DNA of 64,000 nucleotides from Candidatus Latescibacterota bacterium (GTDB lineage Bacteria > Latescibacterota > UBA2968): the NCBI GenBank assembly GCA_965204375.1, contig OZ241986.1:4672001-4736000 (forward strand), in the 5' to 3' direction. Under the pieces are notes generated by a model, which had not been told where the DNA came from, made no database searches, and saw nothing but the letters and a program-made list of their open reading frames with translations. Shown here piece after piece: positions 50,985 to 60,991 of this stretch. Every line of letters begins with the position of its first letter. The first letter of the stretch is position 1. Both the position numbers and the translations under genes were made by a program.

Positions 50985-52394
50985 TCAAGCTACCTTTTTG
51001 GGTCTTCTTTGTGTCTGACCTCTGGGTTCGCTGTCCCAGCGCAGTGCCTGGAGGCGATGCATGGCGGCTCTGAGTGCTTCGGGCGTGCCAATGCGATAGA
51101 GGCCGTGTACTGCGAATCCGCGAACGTAGTGGTTGCCATCGCGCATGGCGTCTGCCAATTCGGGAATGGCTTCTTCGGCATGGATGCCCAATCGCGCGAG
51201 GGAGAGGGCGGCGTTGCGTCGCACAAAGTCGCTTTCATCTGTGGCGAGGATGTCGGCGAGCGGGCGCACGGCTTCCGTGGTGTTCTGGCTTGTGGTGCCC
51301 AGGGATTCTGCGGCATGGGCGCGTGTGTCTTCGTCGGTGTCCTGTAGCAGGGCGATGAGGTCGGGCGTGGCTGATTTTGCTCGCAAGCCCAGGTCGCCGA
51401 GCACATCGACTGCGCGCATGCGGATTTTTGGGTCCGGATTTTTGGTGAGTTCGAGCAGTGCGGGTACGGCGACTTCGCCGACGTTTGTGAACCCGTATCC
51501 GGCGTTTCGCGGCGGGTTCTCATCTTCCGTGTCGCTGAGTGCGCCGATCATGGCGGGAATCGCTTTTTCGCCCTGTAATCCGAGGGTGTAGGACGCATTG
51601 AGGGCGGCGGCTTCGTCGAGATTGGCGAGTTGCTCGCTCAGGGTTTCGATTGATGCTCCGTTGCTCGCGTGTTCGGGCGCTTTGCCCAGGTGCCAATCCC
51701 ACATGGCCTGCCAGGTAGGTTCTTGTGGATCGTCGGATGCGACCCAGGTTTCGTCGCTGTGATCCCATGTCGGTTCGGTAGGCTCGGTCATGCGTGTGAA
51801 CAGGAATTTGACCATGTGGCGCGTGATGTCTGTGTAGTTGGCTTCTTTTTTGTGGAGGATGTCGTAGTGGATGAGTGCGACGGTTCCCGCGGGTCCCGCT
51901 GTGAAGAGGTGTTCTCCTTCCTGGTCGCGGGCGGTGATGTATTGCGATCTGGGGGTTACGCTGGTCGGTCCCATTTCGCGGGGTGTATCCTGGGGGTAGT
52001 ACATGGCCATCATCCAGCGACAGTGGTGATGGCGGCGGTTTTGATCGGCGCAAAATCGGCTGTTGTGCAAGCTGTCTTTGTGCATGGTGCGCGCATCGCT
52101 ACCGGGCCGGCTTTCGTGAACGTGGCGGTGCAGGTGCAGATAATAATCGGGTCCGAGGATGCTGGAAAATGCGCCGTGTACAATGGGGTGGTCCCATACG
52201 TCTTGCAGTTCTGGTACAGCGGGGAGGAGGTTGTTGCCGGGATTTCTGCCGCTGTTTTTTTCAAAGGCGTCGTCGATGCGTTTATAGACTTTTTCGTGAA
52301 ATCCCTCCGGGAAGTCGGGGTGGAGGATCAAATATCCGTCGCGGATGAATTGCTGCATTTGCGCGTCGGTCAATAAAACGGGTTTGTCTGCCAT
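50985..52394 (-). CDS. Phytanoyl-CoA dioxygenase (PhyH) family protein with C-terminal HEAT repeats
   Basis: QFIRDGYL, MHKDS (HxD), MGPTSVTPRS, HYDILH; HEAT repeats; start MADKPV. Confidence 0.85.
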   Translation of the reverse strand: MADKPVLLTDAQMQQFIRDGYLILHPDFPEGFHEKVYKRIDDAFEKNSGRNPGNNLLPAVPELQDVWDHPIVHGAFSSILGPDYYLHLHRHVHESRPGSDARTMHKDSLHNSRFCADQNRRHHHCRWMMAMYYPQDTPREMGPTSVTPRSQYITARDQEGEHLFTAGPAGTVALIHYDILHKKEANYTDITRHMVKFLFTRMTEPTEPTWDHSDETWVASDDPQEPTWQAMWDWHLGKAPEHASNGASIETLSEQLANLDEAAALNASYTLGLQGEKAIPAMIGALSDTEDENPPRNAGYGFTNVGEVAVPALLELTKNPDPKIRMRAVDVLGDLGLRAKSATPDLIALLQDTDEDTRAHAAESLGTTSQNTTEAVRPLADILATDESDFVRRNAALSLARLGIHAEEAIPELADAMRDGNHYVRGFAVHGLYRIGTPEALRAAMHRLQALRWDSEPRGQTQRRPKKVA

Positions 52395-52526
52395 GTCAGT
52401 TTCCTTTCTCAAGTTATGGGTTATGGGTATTTCCGCCAATAATTCCTTGGTTTTCGCCGCATTGTAAGCCCGACGTTCGGGTGTCATGCGGGCGCGAAGT
52501 TTTTCAAAAGGATGGTGTCCGTTCAT
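52395..52526 (-). pseudogene. N-terminal remnant of an XRE-type antitoxin, in frame with the PhyH-HEAT gene
   Basis: MNGHHPFEKLRARMTPERRAYNAAKTKELLAEIP resembles antitoxin N-termini and stops matching where the HTH should begin. Confidence 0.55.
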
Positions 52527-52614
52527 GGAATTAGTCCTTACAGATAATTCTTGGACACATAAATATTTCATAATACCTCTATTTAATCAAGCACATTTTA
52601 TTTCTGAACGCACG

Positions 52615-53397
52615 CTATAATTGCAACGCGATACTGCCCTGATTTTTCTCATTGAGCCTGTCCATGTAATCCTTGCGCTCAAAGAATTGGTTGGTGTCGT
52701 AGAGAAAGGCGTATTTGCCGTTTCGATCACAGCCGGTTTCGAGGGCGACGCGGTTGATTTCGGCGATGTTGGGATAGGAGGGCCAGAGGACGCCTTCTTC
52801 GCAGTAGGAGGTGTCGATAAAGTAGCGTTTGTAAATGCCGCCGCCGGGTTTGGGTCGGCGGGCGTGTTGCAGGGCGGAGTGGACGATGATGATGGAGCCG
52901 GGGGCCAGGCTGTCGATGGTGCGCGAGCCGGGCAGGTCTTCGAATTGAAATTGGCGATAGGCGTCGTTGGCCATGACTTTTTTGTGGGTGCCGGGCATGA
53001 CGAGGAGGTCGCCCACTTCGCCGTTCAGGCCGTCCATGTACATGAATACGTGAACCATCAGGTGCGAGCGATTTGTTTGCGGGAGTTGTGCATAATCTTG
53101 ATGCCACGCTACCCCGCGTTCTCCGGGCAGTTGCCATCGGGCGTGGATGTGGTGATGAACGAATTTTTTGCCTTTCATCAGATCGGCTACGCGATCTACA
53201 ACACCGGGTTCAGATGTGAGCAGGCCGAGTTCGGGGTACGCCATGAGCATGGGGCGTTCACCTTTTTCGCGGTCGATCATGAGTTGATCGACGTCGGCTT
53301 TGATGCGCTCGTTGAGGTCGTGGTCGAAGATGCCTTCGAATACGAGGTATCCCTCTTCGTCGAATTGGGCGATTTCGTCGGGTGTGAGGTGGTTCAT
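52615..53397 (-). CDS. Phytanoyl-CoA dioxygenase (PhyH) family protein
   Basis: QFDEEGYL, WHQDY, LLVMPGTH, HSALQH; ATGA overlap with the upstream sulfatase. Confidence 0.88.
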   Translation of the reverse strand: MNHLTPDEIAQFDEEGYLVFEGIFDHDLNERIKADVDQLMIDREKGERPMLMAYPELGLLTSEPGVVDRVADLMKGKKFVHHHIHARWQLPGERGVAWHQDYAQLPQTNRSHLMVHVFMYMDGLNGEVGDLLVMPGTHKKVMANDAYRQFQFEDLPGSRTIDSLAPGSIIIVHSALQHARRPKPGGGIYKRYFIDTSYCEEGVLWPSYPNIAEINRVALETGCDRNGKYAFLYDTNQFFERKDYMDRLNEKNQGSIALQL

Positions 53398-54884
53398 GAG
53401 TTTCCCTCCAAATAGGCGTGAGCCAGATGCATATCGGGGTTGCCGTGGGCAAAATTGCCGTCGCAGGCCCTGAGGAGTTGGCGGGCGAGTTGATCGACTT
53501 TGTCGGGATATTCGGCGGCGAGGTCGTTTTCTTCCCGGTAGTCGTCCAGGATGTTGTAGAGTTGGAAGCTGTTGGTTTTGTTGATGTGGCGCAATTTCCA
53601 GCCGTCGGCTGTGGTGAGTGCGGGACCGAGGCGCGAGGAAAAGACGACGGGTGCGTGGGGGCGTTGCTCTTTGCCCAGGAGGATGGGCAAGAAGGATTCG
53701 CCGTCTTTCCAGTCGGGTGTTTCCTGCCCTGTGAGATCGGATAGTGTGGGCATAAAATCGTAATTGGCGATCATGTGATCGGTTGTGCAGGGAGAGATGC
53801 GACCGGGCCAGCGTGCGATGTAGGGCAGGCGGGTGCCGCCTTCCCAGCTCGTCCATTTGAGGCCGGCCATGCCGTCGTTGCCATTGAAGATGTCGCCGCT
53901 TTGTTCTGTTGTGTGTCGGGTGGTGATGTCGTCATAGCGGATGCCGTCGAGGCTTTGTCTTTTGACGGTGCGACCTTGTTGTGCGGCGTAGATTTCGTGG
54001 CCGTTGTCAGAGCTGAAGAAGACGATGGTGTTGTCGGCAATGCCGAGCGCGTCGAGTTCGTCGAGGATGATGCCGACGGTGTCGTCGAGGCGAAGAATCA
54101 TGGATGCGTATTCTTTTTCAAATCCTGTGAGTTCTGGCGCGTCTTTTACGCCCGGGTGAATTTCGGGAACGGAGATGGGTCCGTGGGGCAGTTGTGAGGG
54201 GTGGAAGAGGAAGAAGGGTTGGTTGCGATGTTTGCGGAGGAAATCGACGATTTTGTCGTTGAAGAGGTCCTGAGAGTAGGTGATTTTCCCGGTCATGTCG
54301 TGGCGGATGGCCGCGTTTTCCGGAGATTCTGAACCGGGGTGGTTGCCGCAGTCGGGATGGGTGTTGCCGGGTATTTCGACGATGTCGCCATTTTCAAAGA
54401 GGAATGGCGGATAGAAGCCATGACAGAGTTGATGGTCGTAGTAGCCGTAGTGGTAATCCCAGCCGTGCCTACGAATGCGTTCTGGTGTTGTGGCAAAGCC
54501 CCATTCGAGTTTGCCAATTTGTCCCGTGACATAGCCAGCGCGTTGCGCGATTTGCGCGAGAAAGACTTCGTCGGGGCGTTCTTGAAGACCGGTGTTGTTG
54601 ATGAGTTCGGCAATGTGTCCAAAGGTCGCGGTGCCTTCGGCCATGGGGCGGTAGAGACCGCCTCTGGTGAAGGTCCATCGGCCCGCGTGTGCGTCGTGAT
54701 AGCCGGTCATGAGGCTGGCGCGCGCCGGGGCGCAAAAGATGCAGCCATAGGCGCGGGTGAATTGCAGGCCTTCGCGGGCGAGGCGGTCGATATTGGGGGT
54801 TTGAAAGTGTTTCTGGCCGTAGCAGGAGAGCATGCCGCGGCCGAGGTCGTCGCCGTAGATGTAGATGATGTTGGGATTGGACAT
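53394..54884 (-). CDS. Sulfatase
   Basis: GDDLG, CAPARASLMTG, SSDNGH, WEGGTRLP. Confidence 0.92.
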   Translation of the reverse strand: MSNPNIIYIYGDDLGRGMLSCYGQKHFQTPNIDRLAREGLQFTRAYGCIFCAPARASLMTGYHDAHAGRWTFTRGGLYRPMAEGTATFGHIAELINNTGLQERPDEVFLAQIAQRAGYVTGQIGKLEWGFATTPERIRRHGWDYHYGYYDHQLCHGFYPPFLFENGDIVEIPGNTHPDCGNHPGSESPENAAIRHDMTGKITYSQDLFNDKIVDFLRKHRNQPFFLFHPSQLPHGPISVPEIHPGVKDAPELTGFEKEYASMILRLDDTVGIILDELDALGIADNTIVFFSSDNGHEIYAAQQGRTVKRQSLDGIRYDDITTRHTTEQSGDIFNGNDGMAGLKWTSWEGGTRLPYIARWPGRISPCTTDHMIANYDFMPTLSDLTGQETPDWKDGESFLPILLGKEQRPHAPVVFSSRLGPALTTADGWKLRHINKTNSFQLYNILDDYREENDLAAEYPDKVDQLARQLLRACDGNFAHGNPDMHLAHAYLEGNS

Positions 54885-54895
54885 GGAAGTTCCTT

Positions 54896-55945
54896 TTATA
54901 GTTCGGTCACGTCGATGGCCCTGCGCTGTGTTGTTGCCTGGTGCGCGGCGTGAATGAGCGAGAGGTTGTGGCGGGCGTGTTCGGCAGTGATTGGAGGCGG
55001 TTTGCCTTCTGCGAGTGCTTTGAAGGTGACGGCAAAATAGTTGGCGTGTCCAGCGCGGGACAGGGCGTCATTGTCGAGGCCATGGTCGAGGTCAACGGGT
55101 TGCCATCTGCGGTCGGCTTTGTCGAGGTAGCGGAGTTCGCGCCCGCGCCCGACAATGCGGATGCCATGCGTGCGGGTATAGACTTCGCAGGTACTCTGGT
55201 CGCCGCCGGGCATGCCCCAGGATGTCGAGACGGTGGAGATTGCGCCGTTTTCGTGTTCGAAGAGGAGGAAGGCGACGTCATCGACATCGAAGTCGAAGAA
55301 TTTGGTCTGTACGCGGGCTTCGACGTAGCGCACGGGTGAGCCGATCATGGTTTCGACGAGGTAAATTTCGTGGTACGCAGTGTCGCCGATACACCCGCCG
55401 CCGGCTGCTTTTGATGCGCGCCAGACGCTGTTGGGGTCGGCCTGGTCTTCTGTTTTTCCAGCGAGGGAGAGGGCGCGACCCGTTTGGGGTGTGCCTGTGT
55501 TTTCTTCGCGCAATAGTCTGAGGGCTTCTGCGGTGCCGGGTGTGTAGAGGAAGTTGTGTACGATGGCGTAGGGGACGTTGTGTTTTTTTACGGCGTCGAG
55601 GAGTTGATCGGCCTCTTCGAGGGATGTTGCCATGGGTTTTTCCGAGATGATGGCGACGCCCGCTTGCGCGGCTTCGATGACGTGTTCGGCGTGCAGGTGA
55701 TGGGGGGTGGCGATGATGACGGCGTCGAGTTCGGCGCGGGCGAGCATGTGGCGATGGTCTTCGTAGCGTTGTTCTGATACGATGTCTGCTGCTGTGCCAA
55801 CGCGGTTTCTGTTTTCGGGGATGGGGTCGGCAATTGCCGAGATGGTTACGAGGTCGGGGATGCCGAGCAGGCCCTGGAGATGGGATTTCTGGACGATGCC
55901 GCCGCAGCCGATCAGGCCCAGGCGGATGTTTTGTTCACGGGGCAT
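54896..55945 (-). CDS. Gfo/Idh/MocA family oxidoreductase
   Basis: GLIGCGG, SEKPMA, GGGCIGDTAYH. Confidence 0.9.
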   Translation of the reverse strand: MPREQNIRLGLIGCGGIVQKSHLQGLLGIPDLVTISAIADPIPENRNRVGTAADIVSEQRYEDHRHMLARAELDAVIIATPHHLHAEHVIEAAQAGVAIISEKPMATSLEEADQLLDAVKKHNVPYAIVHNFLYTPGTAEALRLLREENTGTPQTGRALSLAGKTEDQADPNSVWRASKAAGGGCIGDTAYHEIYLVETMIGSPVRYVEARVQTKFFDFDVDDVAFLLFEHENGAISTVSTSWGMPGGDQSTCEVYTRTHGIRIVGRGRELRYLDKADRRWQPVDLDHGLDNDALSRAGHANYFAVTFKALAEGKPPPITAEHARHNLSLIHAAHQATTQRRAIDVTEL

Positions 55946-57020
55946 TGTGACGATTCCTTTCTGCGATTTTCTGTGCGATGTATTCCGCGTCGCGTCCCAC
56001 GCCGCGCAGGAGATGTGATCCGACGGTGTGTTGAAATTTCAAGCCGACGAAGAACAGGCCGGGGATACAGACGCCGCGTTTGTGAATGGGTCCGTTTTTG
56101 TCAAATGCGGTTTCGGGATGATGTACGCGGATAAATTTGTGGTCGGGTCTAAAGCCGGTACACCATAAGACGGTCAGGTTTTTCAGGCTGACTATTTCGC
56201 CGTCGGCACAGATGATTCCGCGATGGTCGGTATCTATTACGCGACCGACCCGTTGTACGCCATAGTGTTTTGAAAGCCAGCGCGGCGATGGTGCCATGGC
56301 GGGGTCGCCTCCTTGCCATTGGTGCATAATACGTCGCCCGATCAGCGTTTGTCGCTGGATTTCAAATATTGGGAGCAGGCGCGAGAATACGCCAATGGGG
56401 ATGCCCAGAATTGACCAGGGGACGACGCCGTTGCCGCTGAGTGCAAATGAGAGGGTTTCAAAACGATCCGACTGTGCCAGGTCCAGGCAGATTTGAACGC
56501 CACTGCTGCCGCTGCCGACGATGAGGACGTTTGGCGTTGTGATCTGGTCGGGGTTTCGATAGGCTGACGAGTGTAGCTGAGGGGTTGATTGCGGCAGTTT
56601 TTTGGCAGTGTCTGGTATAAAGGGTTGGGCAGCATGCCCGGTGCAGATGGCGACGTTGGTTGTTTGATAGGTTTCGGTTGCTGTATGGACGTTCCAGGTT
56701 CCTTCTCCTTCGGCGACCTGGGTAACGGTGACGCCTTCTTTTAATGGGGGATTGACCATCTGGCGATACGTCTGGAAATAGTCGAGTGCTTCCTCGCGTG
56801 TGGCGGTGTCGTACCAGGCTTTGTGCGGTGCAAACGATTTTTGCATGCCGGGTAAGGTGTTCATCCAATTGGCTGTGTTCATCCGGAAGCTGTCCCAGCA
56901 GTTGTGCCAGGCAGAGAACGCCCGGTCGCGTTCCAATACGAGGTGCTCAACCCCGCGTTGTTGCAAGAAATAACTCAGTGTTATGCCGGCCTGCCCACCG
57001 CCTATAACGATGGTGTTCAT
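55935..57020 (-). CDS. Flavin-containing monooxygenase-like FAD/NAD(P) oxidoreductase
   Basis: IGGGQAG, WDS, QLHSSAYRNP, VGSGSSG, WCTGF, GVGRDA. Confidence 0.88.
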   Translation of the reverse strand: MNTIVIGGGQAGITLSYFLQQRGVEHLVLERDRAFSAWHNCWDSFRMNTANWMNTLPGMQKSFAPHKAWYDTATREEALDYFQTYRQMVNPPLKEGVTVTQVAEGEGTWNVHTATETYQTTNVAICTGHAAQPFIPDTAKKLPQSTPQLHSSAYRNPDQITTPNVLIVGSGSSGVQICLDLAQSDRFETLSFALSGNGVVPWSILGIPIGVFSRLLPIFEIQRQTLIGRRIMHQWQGGDPAMAPSPRWLSKHYGVQRVGRVIDTDHRGIICADGEIVSLKNLTVLWCTGFRPDHKFIRVHHPETAFDKNGPIHKRGVCIPGLFFVGLKFQHTVGSHLLRGVGRDAEYIAQKIAERNRHNAP

Positions 57021-57046
57021 GATATGGTATTCCAAAAAACAAAAGT

Positions 57047-57082
57047 ATCCGCAGATGGACGCAGATGAACGCAAATAAAAAA
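57047..57082. repeat. (CGCAGATGA)n-type repeat, inverted relative of 8701-8743
   Basis: atccgcagatggacgcagatgaacgcaaataaaaaa. Confidence 0.75.
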
Positions 57083-57085
57083 GTT

Positions 57086-57146
57086 TGTCATCGCGGCATG
57101 GTCCCCTGCTTAAATCGCGCAGGGGCATGCTTGAGCCGCGATCCAG
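57086..57146 (+). repeat. About 60-bp palindromic intergenic element, copy B
   Basis: tgtcatcgcggcatggtcccctgcttaaatcgcgcaggggcatgcttgagccgcgatccag. Confidence 0.85.
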
Positions 57147-57240
57147 TCTATATAGACAACTGACCATCCACCATAATTCTGGCGCAGATTGCTTTCAAAC
57201 TGGTTCAAATTTTAGGTCACAGATCCCAGGTTCCGATCAC

Positions 57241-60000
57241 TCATTTCGCAAATAAGAGGACATGCTCTTTGTCAATTCGACCATGTTGGTTAAAGGATTT
57301 CTTAGATTTTTGGAGCGTTCGTATCCATCGATCCTCGGTCTTAAGCCCTAACTGTTCTATGATCTCCACGAACTTATCTCCTACGGGAACAGGTGTTTTA
57401 TTTACAATGCCATCGCCGATAACAACAAAAGCCTTTCCATCAGAAGTTAAGACACGTTGCCACTCTGCAAAGCATTTTTCCATGTCCTCAAAATAACGCT
57501 CTGGCGTGGCTTTTGGGCGCGTGAACGTGTCATGCTTTCCGATTTCTGCATCTCTCGCCAGATCAACACTCCCATCAATCCAGTGCAACCTGTGACGGTG
57601 ATATTTATGATAATCATAGGCGTTGATATAAGGTGGCGAAGTCACTATCAAATTGACGCTGTCATCAGGTATAACGCTCAGGTTTCGACCATCAATACAG
57701 TGAACAACTGCTTGAGCCTTGGATAAGGTGGCGATTGCTTTGAGACGTTTGAGAGCATCTAAGAGGCGGCTTTTAAACCATTCAATAGCCTTGCCTTGGT
57801 CATAGGATTTTTTTATTCGCGCATAACGGGTGTCGCTATCTTGATTTGAAGCTCGTACGATAATGGCCGAAAATATCGCCAGCGCGAAGATACCTGATTT
57901 TTCTGGTAATTGATTGATTATAGCCTTGAGTTTACCCAAATCTTTTAAGGCATCATCACTGAACCAATATGATACATTATGGTATTCGGGGAGTTCAAGC
58001 GGCTCGGAAAGCGTCGAAAGTTTCTCATCTATCTTGCTTAAGAAATCTGTCAAGATTTTGATGTCTTCATCTGAATAATCAGCAACCTTTGCCCGACTGA
58101 TCAAGCAAGCCACAGCGTTATTATCGACACCTATAGCCTTTCGTCCCAAAATAATGCTTTCCAAAAGTGTCGTTCCACATCCGCAGAATGGATCGAGGAC
58201 GACCTCTCCAGGATTGGTCCAAGTTCGTATGGCTTTATTGGGAATTTGCGGAATAAATCGCGCAGGATAGGAATGAATTGCATGCAGATGCTGTTGCGTA
58301 TTCTCTTTGTGAAAATCCCAATCTCCATTGGATAAATTCTCAATCTGCTTACTCGTCGCACCGTAGATGGCTTTTCTCTGGAGCTTCTCTCCTGGAGCCT
58401 GAAACCAGAGGATCGATTCTGATGATCCCTTGTTATTCCGAAAAATATCTCTCGAGGGTAGCAACTCCATATTGAGTATCTTCCTTTGGTTCCAGCCAAC
58501 CTTTTTTCCAATCTCCCACACCAGTTTATCGGTCTCAATTTCAAATCGTTTTCCATCAATCGTGGTACTGTTGTTTCCAACAACATAAAAACCGAAATGG
58601 CCTGGACGCATCATTTTGAGTGCATTCTGCATGGCATCCGACATATCCAGGAAATACCGCCCAAGAAGCGCAGACAGGTTCTTTCTGCGGAACCCGACTG
58701 TCTCACGTTTATTTGCTTCGTCAACTGTTTCGACAACCTCTCTTACGTTTTTGGGGAGTTCATTTCTTCTTGCCAGATAATTTTCCCATAATGCCTGTCG
58801 TTGAGAATTCGTAATCTCTCGATTTCCGATCATCTCATACTCACGCGCTCTGTGGCTACCACGGGGAAGTAGTTCCAACGTTGATAAACTCAGACGGTCA
58901 GTATCAATGTATGGAAGGGCCATGGCATAAGGGGGCGATGTAATAAGGACATCGCATTTGCCTACCCACGTCGGAAAAACAGCGTGGATATTGCGTGCAT
59001 CACCTTCTTGAATGGTAAATTGTGGAAATGTCTTGATCCCATTAAAACAAGATAAATAAGCTGTGATTTTTGCCATGTTATTCTTGATTTCCTGGGACAA
59101 GCGTTGTATTGCCAAGCTTGGCGTATAGTTGGTAATCTCCTTTCGTACGCGCAAGTCAGATTCTCTTTGCCAGGATATGGATCTGACGATATTGCTCAGG
59201 CAAACCTGCAAGAGTCTCCGCGTCTTTTTGTCCGTTATGTCTGCAATTTTGGTAAGGATAAACGCCAATTCTTTGAGGGCCTCTGGGGCAAACCATCTGT
59301 TTAGATAGGTGGTATCGTCTTTATTCCAGGGATATTCGGCAACCGATTTGCCAGTATCAGTCTCTTTGATTGCAGTCAAAAATCGTGTTAAGTGCGTATT
59401 AATAGACGCGATATCAAGATCAAAAACAGAAGTCTTTACACGAGATATTTTCACTGACAACGGATTGAGGTCTGCACCGATTGTTTGCATACCCATTGAT
59501 CGGGCTTCAATATTCGTCGTACCGCTGCCACACATGGGGTCAATAACGACATCCCCTGGTTTTAATCCCGCAAAATTGATCAGGGCTTTGACCAACTGGG
59601 GAAAGAATTTACCCCGATACTCATGTATGCCATGTGGACCGTATCGCAATTTGCGGGATTTGTGAAATTTGAAGTTGTCCTGACCATTTAAGTCGGTTAA
59701 GTGTTTTTCTGATTCGAGCAGAATTTGAAATGTTGGTCCCAGTACCAAATCGCCTATTTGTTCCCAATAAGCAAGTCTTCTAAACAGATCTTGCGTGAGA
59801 TTCTGTTGGGCGAGTGTAACCCATTGATCTGCTGGCCCGGAGAACGGATACCTGGCGTAGCTATCTCCTATAAGACCGTACAACTCACCTTGAGCGAGAA
59901 GCTGCTCGAATGGCTGAATATAAGGCTTGAGCTTGAGACGCACCTGTTCCGCATCATCAAACTCCTTAAAGTGTAAACTACTCTGTTCGGATGTGCTCAT
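57241..60000 (-). CDS. Fused double amino-DNA methyltransferase (two SPPY, N4-cytosine-type domains)
   Basis: Domain 1: HEYRGKF...DPMCGSGTT...ITSPPY. Domain 2: HSYPARF...DPFCGCGTT...VTSPPY. Start MSTSEQ lies 1 nt after the upstream stop. Confidence 0.9.
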   Translation of the reverse strand: MSTSEQSSLHFKEFDDAEQVRLKLKPYIQPFEQLLAQGELYGLIGDSYARYPFSGPADQWVTLAQQNLTQDLFRRLAYWEQIGDLVLGPTFQILLESEKHLTDLNGQDNFKFHKSRKLRYGPHGIHEYRGKFFPQLVKALINFAGLKPGDVVIDPMCGSGTTNIEARSMGMQTIGADLNPLSVKISRVKTSVFDLDIASINTHLTRFLTAIKETDTGKSVAEYPWNKDDTTYLNRWFAPEALKELAFILTKIADITDKKTRRLLQVCLSNIVRSISWQRESDLRVRKEITNYTPSLAIQRLSQEIKNNMAKITAYLSCFNGIKTFPQFTIQEGDARNIHAVFPTWVGKCDVLITSPPYAMALPYIDTDRLSLSTLELLPRGSHRAREYEMIGNREITNSQRQALWENYLARRNELPKNVREVVETVDEANKRETVGFRRKNLSALLGRYFLDMSDAMQNALKMMRPGHFGFYVVGNNSTTIDGKRFEIETDKLVWEIGKKVGWNQRKILNMELLPSRDIFRNNKGSSESILWFQAPGEKLQRKAIYGATSKQIENLSNGDWDFHKENTQQHLHAIHSYPARFIPQIPNKAIRTWTNPGEVVLDPFCGCGTTLLESIILGRKAIGVDNNAVACLISRAKVADYSDEDIKILTDFLSKIDEKLSTLSEPLELPEYHNVSYWFSDDALKDLGKLKAIINQLPEKSGIFALAIFSAIIVRASNQDSDTRYARIKKSYDQGKAIEWFKSRLLDALKRLKAIATLSKAQAVVHCIDGRNLSVIPDDSVNLIVTSPPYINAYDYHKYHRHRLHWIDGSVDLARDAEIGKHDTFTRPKATPERYFEDMEKCFAEWQRVLTSDGKAFVVIGDGIVNKTPVPVGDKFVEIIEQLGLKTEDRWIRTLQKSKKSFNQHGRIDKEHVLLFAK

Positions 60001-60001
60001 A

Positions 60002-60991
60002 TTAACCGTTGGTAGAAATGATGTGAGAGGCGGCAAATAGCTCAAAAGGGGAGAGGTCTGTTCCAAAGGGAACATCAATGTCTCTCATCCGAAACGCCGG
60101 AATATCCAGTGGATACGCTGAGAGATAGCCAGCAAAATTTGAAAGTCTCGATTGGACTGCTTGTTGGGTTTCTAAATCGCAATATTTTGCGATTTGACGA
60201 GCATGTAAAGCAGAGATGGCTGAGTGTATGGGTTTGTCACGCGATATCCTTTTGGCAGTTCCCATATAATCATCGACTTTTGACTCAACCGAGAAGTCGC
60301 AATAGCCTTCTTCTGCTTCACAAAGATCAATAATTTCTTCCAGTCCATAAGGTGCCAAATTGGTAGCCGACAACATCTGAAGAGTACACATTCTAAAACA
60401 CTCTGCACTCAAATAGCCAGTCAAATTTGTCGAACTCAGGATGGATTCAAATCGAGACTTTTGAGGCTGAGTTAAACCTTGAACGGACAATATTTCTATG
60501 CCCATAGAAAGAGAGAGCATCAATTCAGATTTCATTCTCGTTCGAGGGTTTGTAGGACTGACATCGGGATTATAGATCCAACCACTCCGCTGAATAAAGC
60601 GTTTGATTAAGGCTCTATAGGCATTGATATTGTTGGCGTCAGAACCATTGTATCTATCAATCCACCAATGCGTATAAATAGCGTGGATAGGCGTCTGTTT
60701 CCATTGACGAGAGAAATTATGTAGTTTTTTCCCATATTCTTCTGAGTACGCAAGCGGTCTTCCCAGTTCATCTTTCAATAATTCCCTGATGATCCCTTCC
60801 CAATCTGTCTGGACGCATCCGAAAAGAGCAATTTCAGCCAAAATTCCTTGAAGACACCACGCCGAAGAAACCGAGTCGTTAGAGATTTCTGTTTCAATGT
60901 CCAATAACCAATCTTGGAGCCAATCCTCGTGTTGTGGAACGAGCTTTAGCGTAGAAACATCAACATCTGGAATGATAATATAGTCAATCAT
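60002..60991 (-). CDS. Hypothetical protein, possible alpha/alpha-toroid (prenyltransferase/cyclase-like) fold
   Basis: 329 aa, ATGA-coupled to the upstream frame; QW-like segments FIQRSGWIY and LCEAEEGYCD; the fold call is tentative. Confidence 0.65.
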   Translation of the reverse strand: MIDYIIIPDVDVSTLKLVPQHEDWLQDWLLDIETEISNDSVSSAWCLQGILAEIALFGCVQTDWEGIIRELLKDELGRPLAYSEEYGKKLHNFSRQWKQTPIHAIYTHWWIDRYNGSDANNINAYRALIKRFIQRSGWIYNPDVSPTNPRTRMKSELMLSLSMGIEILSVQGLTQPQKSRFESILSSTNLTGYLSAECFRMCTLQMLSATNLAPYGLEEIIDLCEAEEGYCDFSVESKVDDYMGTAKRISRDKPIHSAISALHARQIAKYCDLETQQAVQSRLSNFAGYLSAYPLDIPAFRMRDIDVPFGTDLSPFELFAASHIISTNG

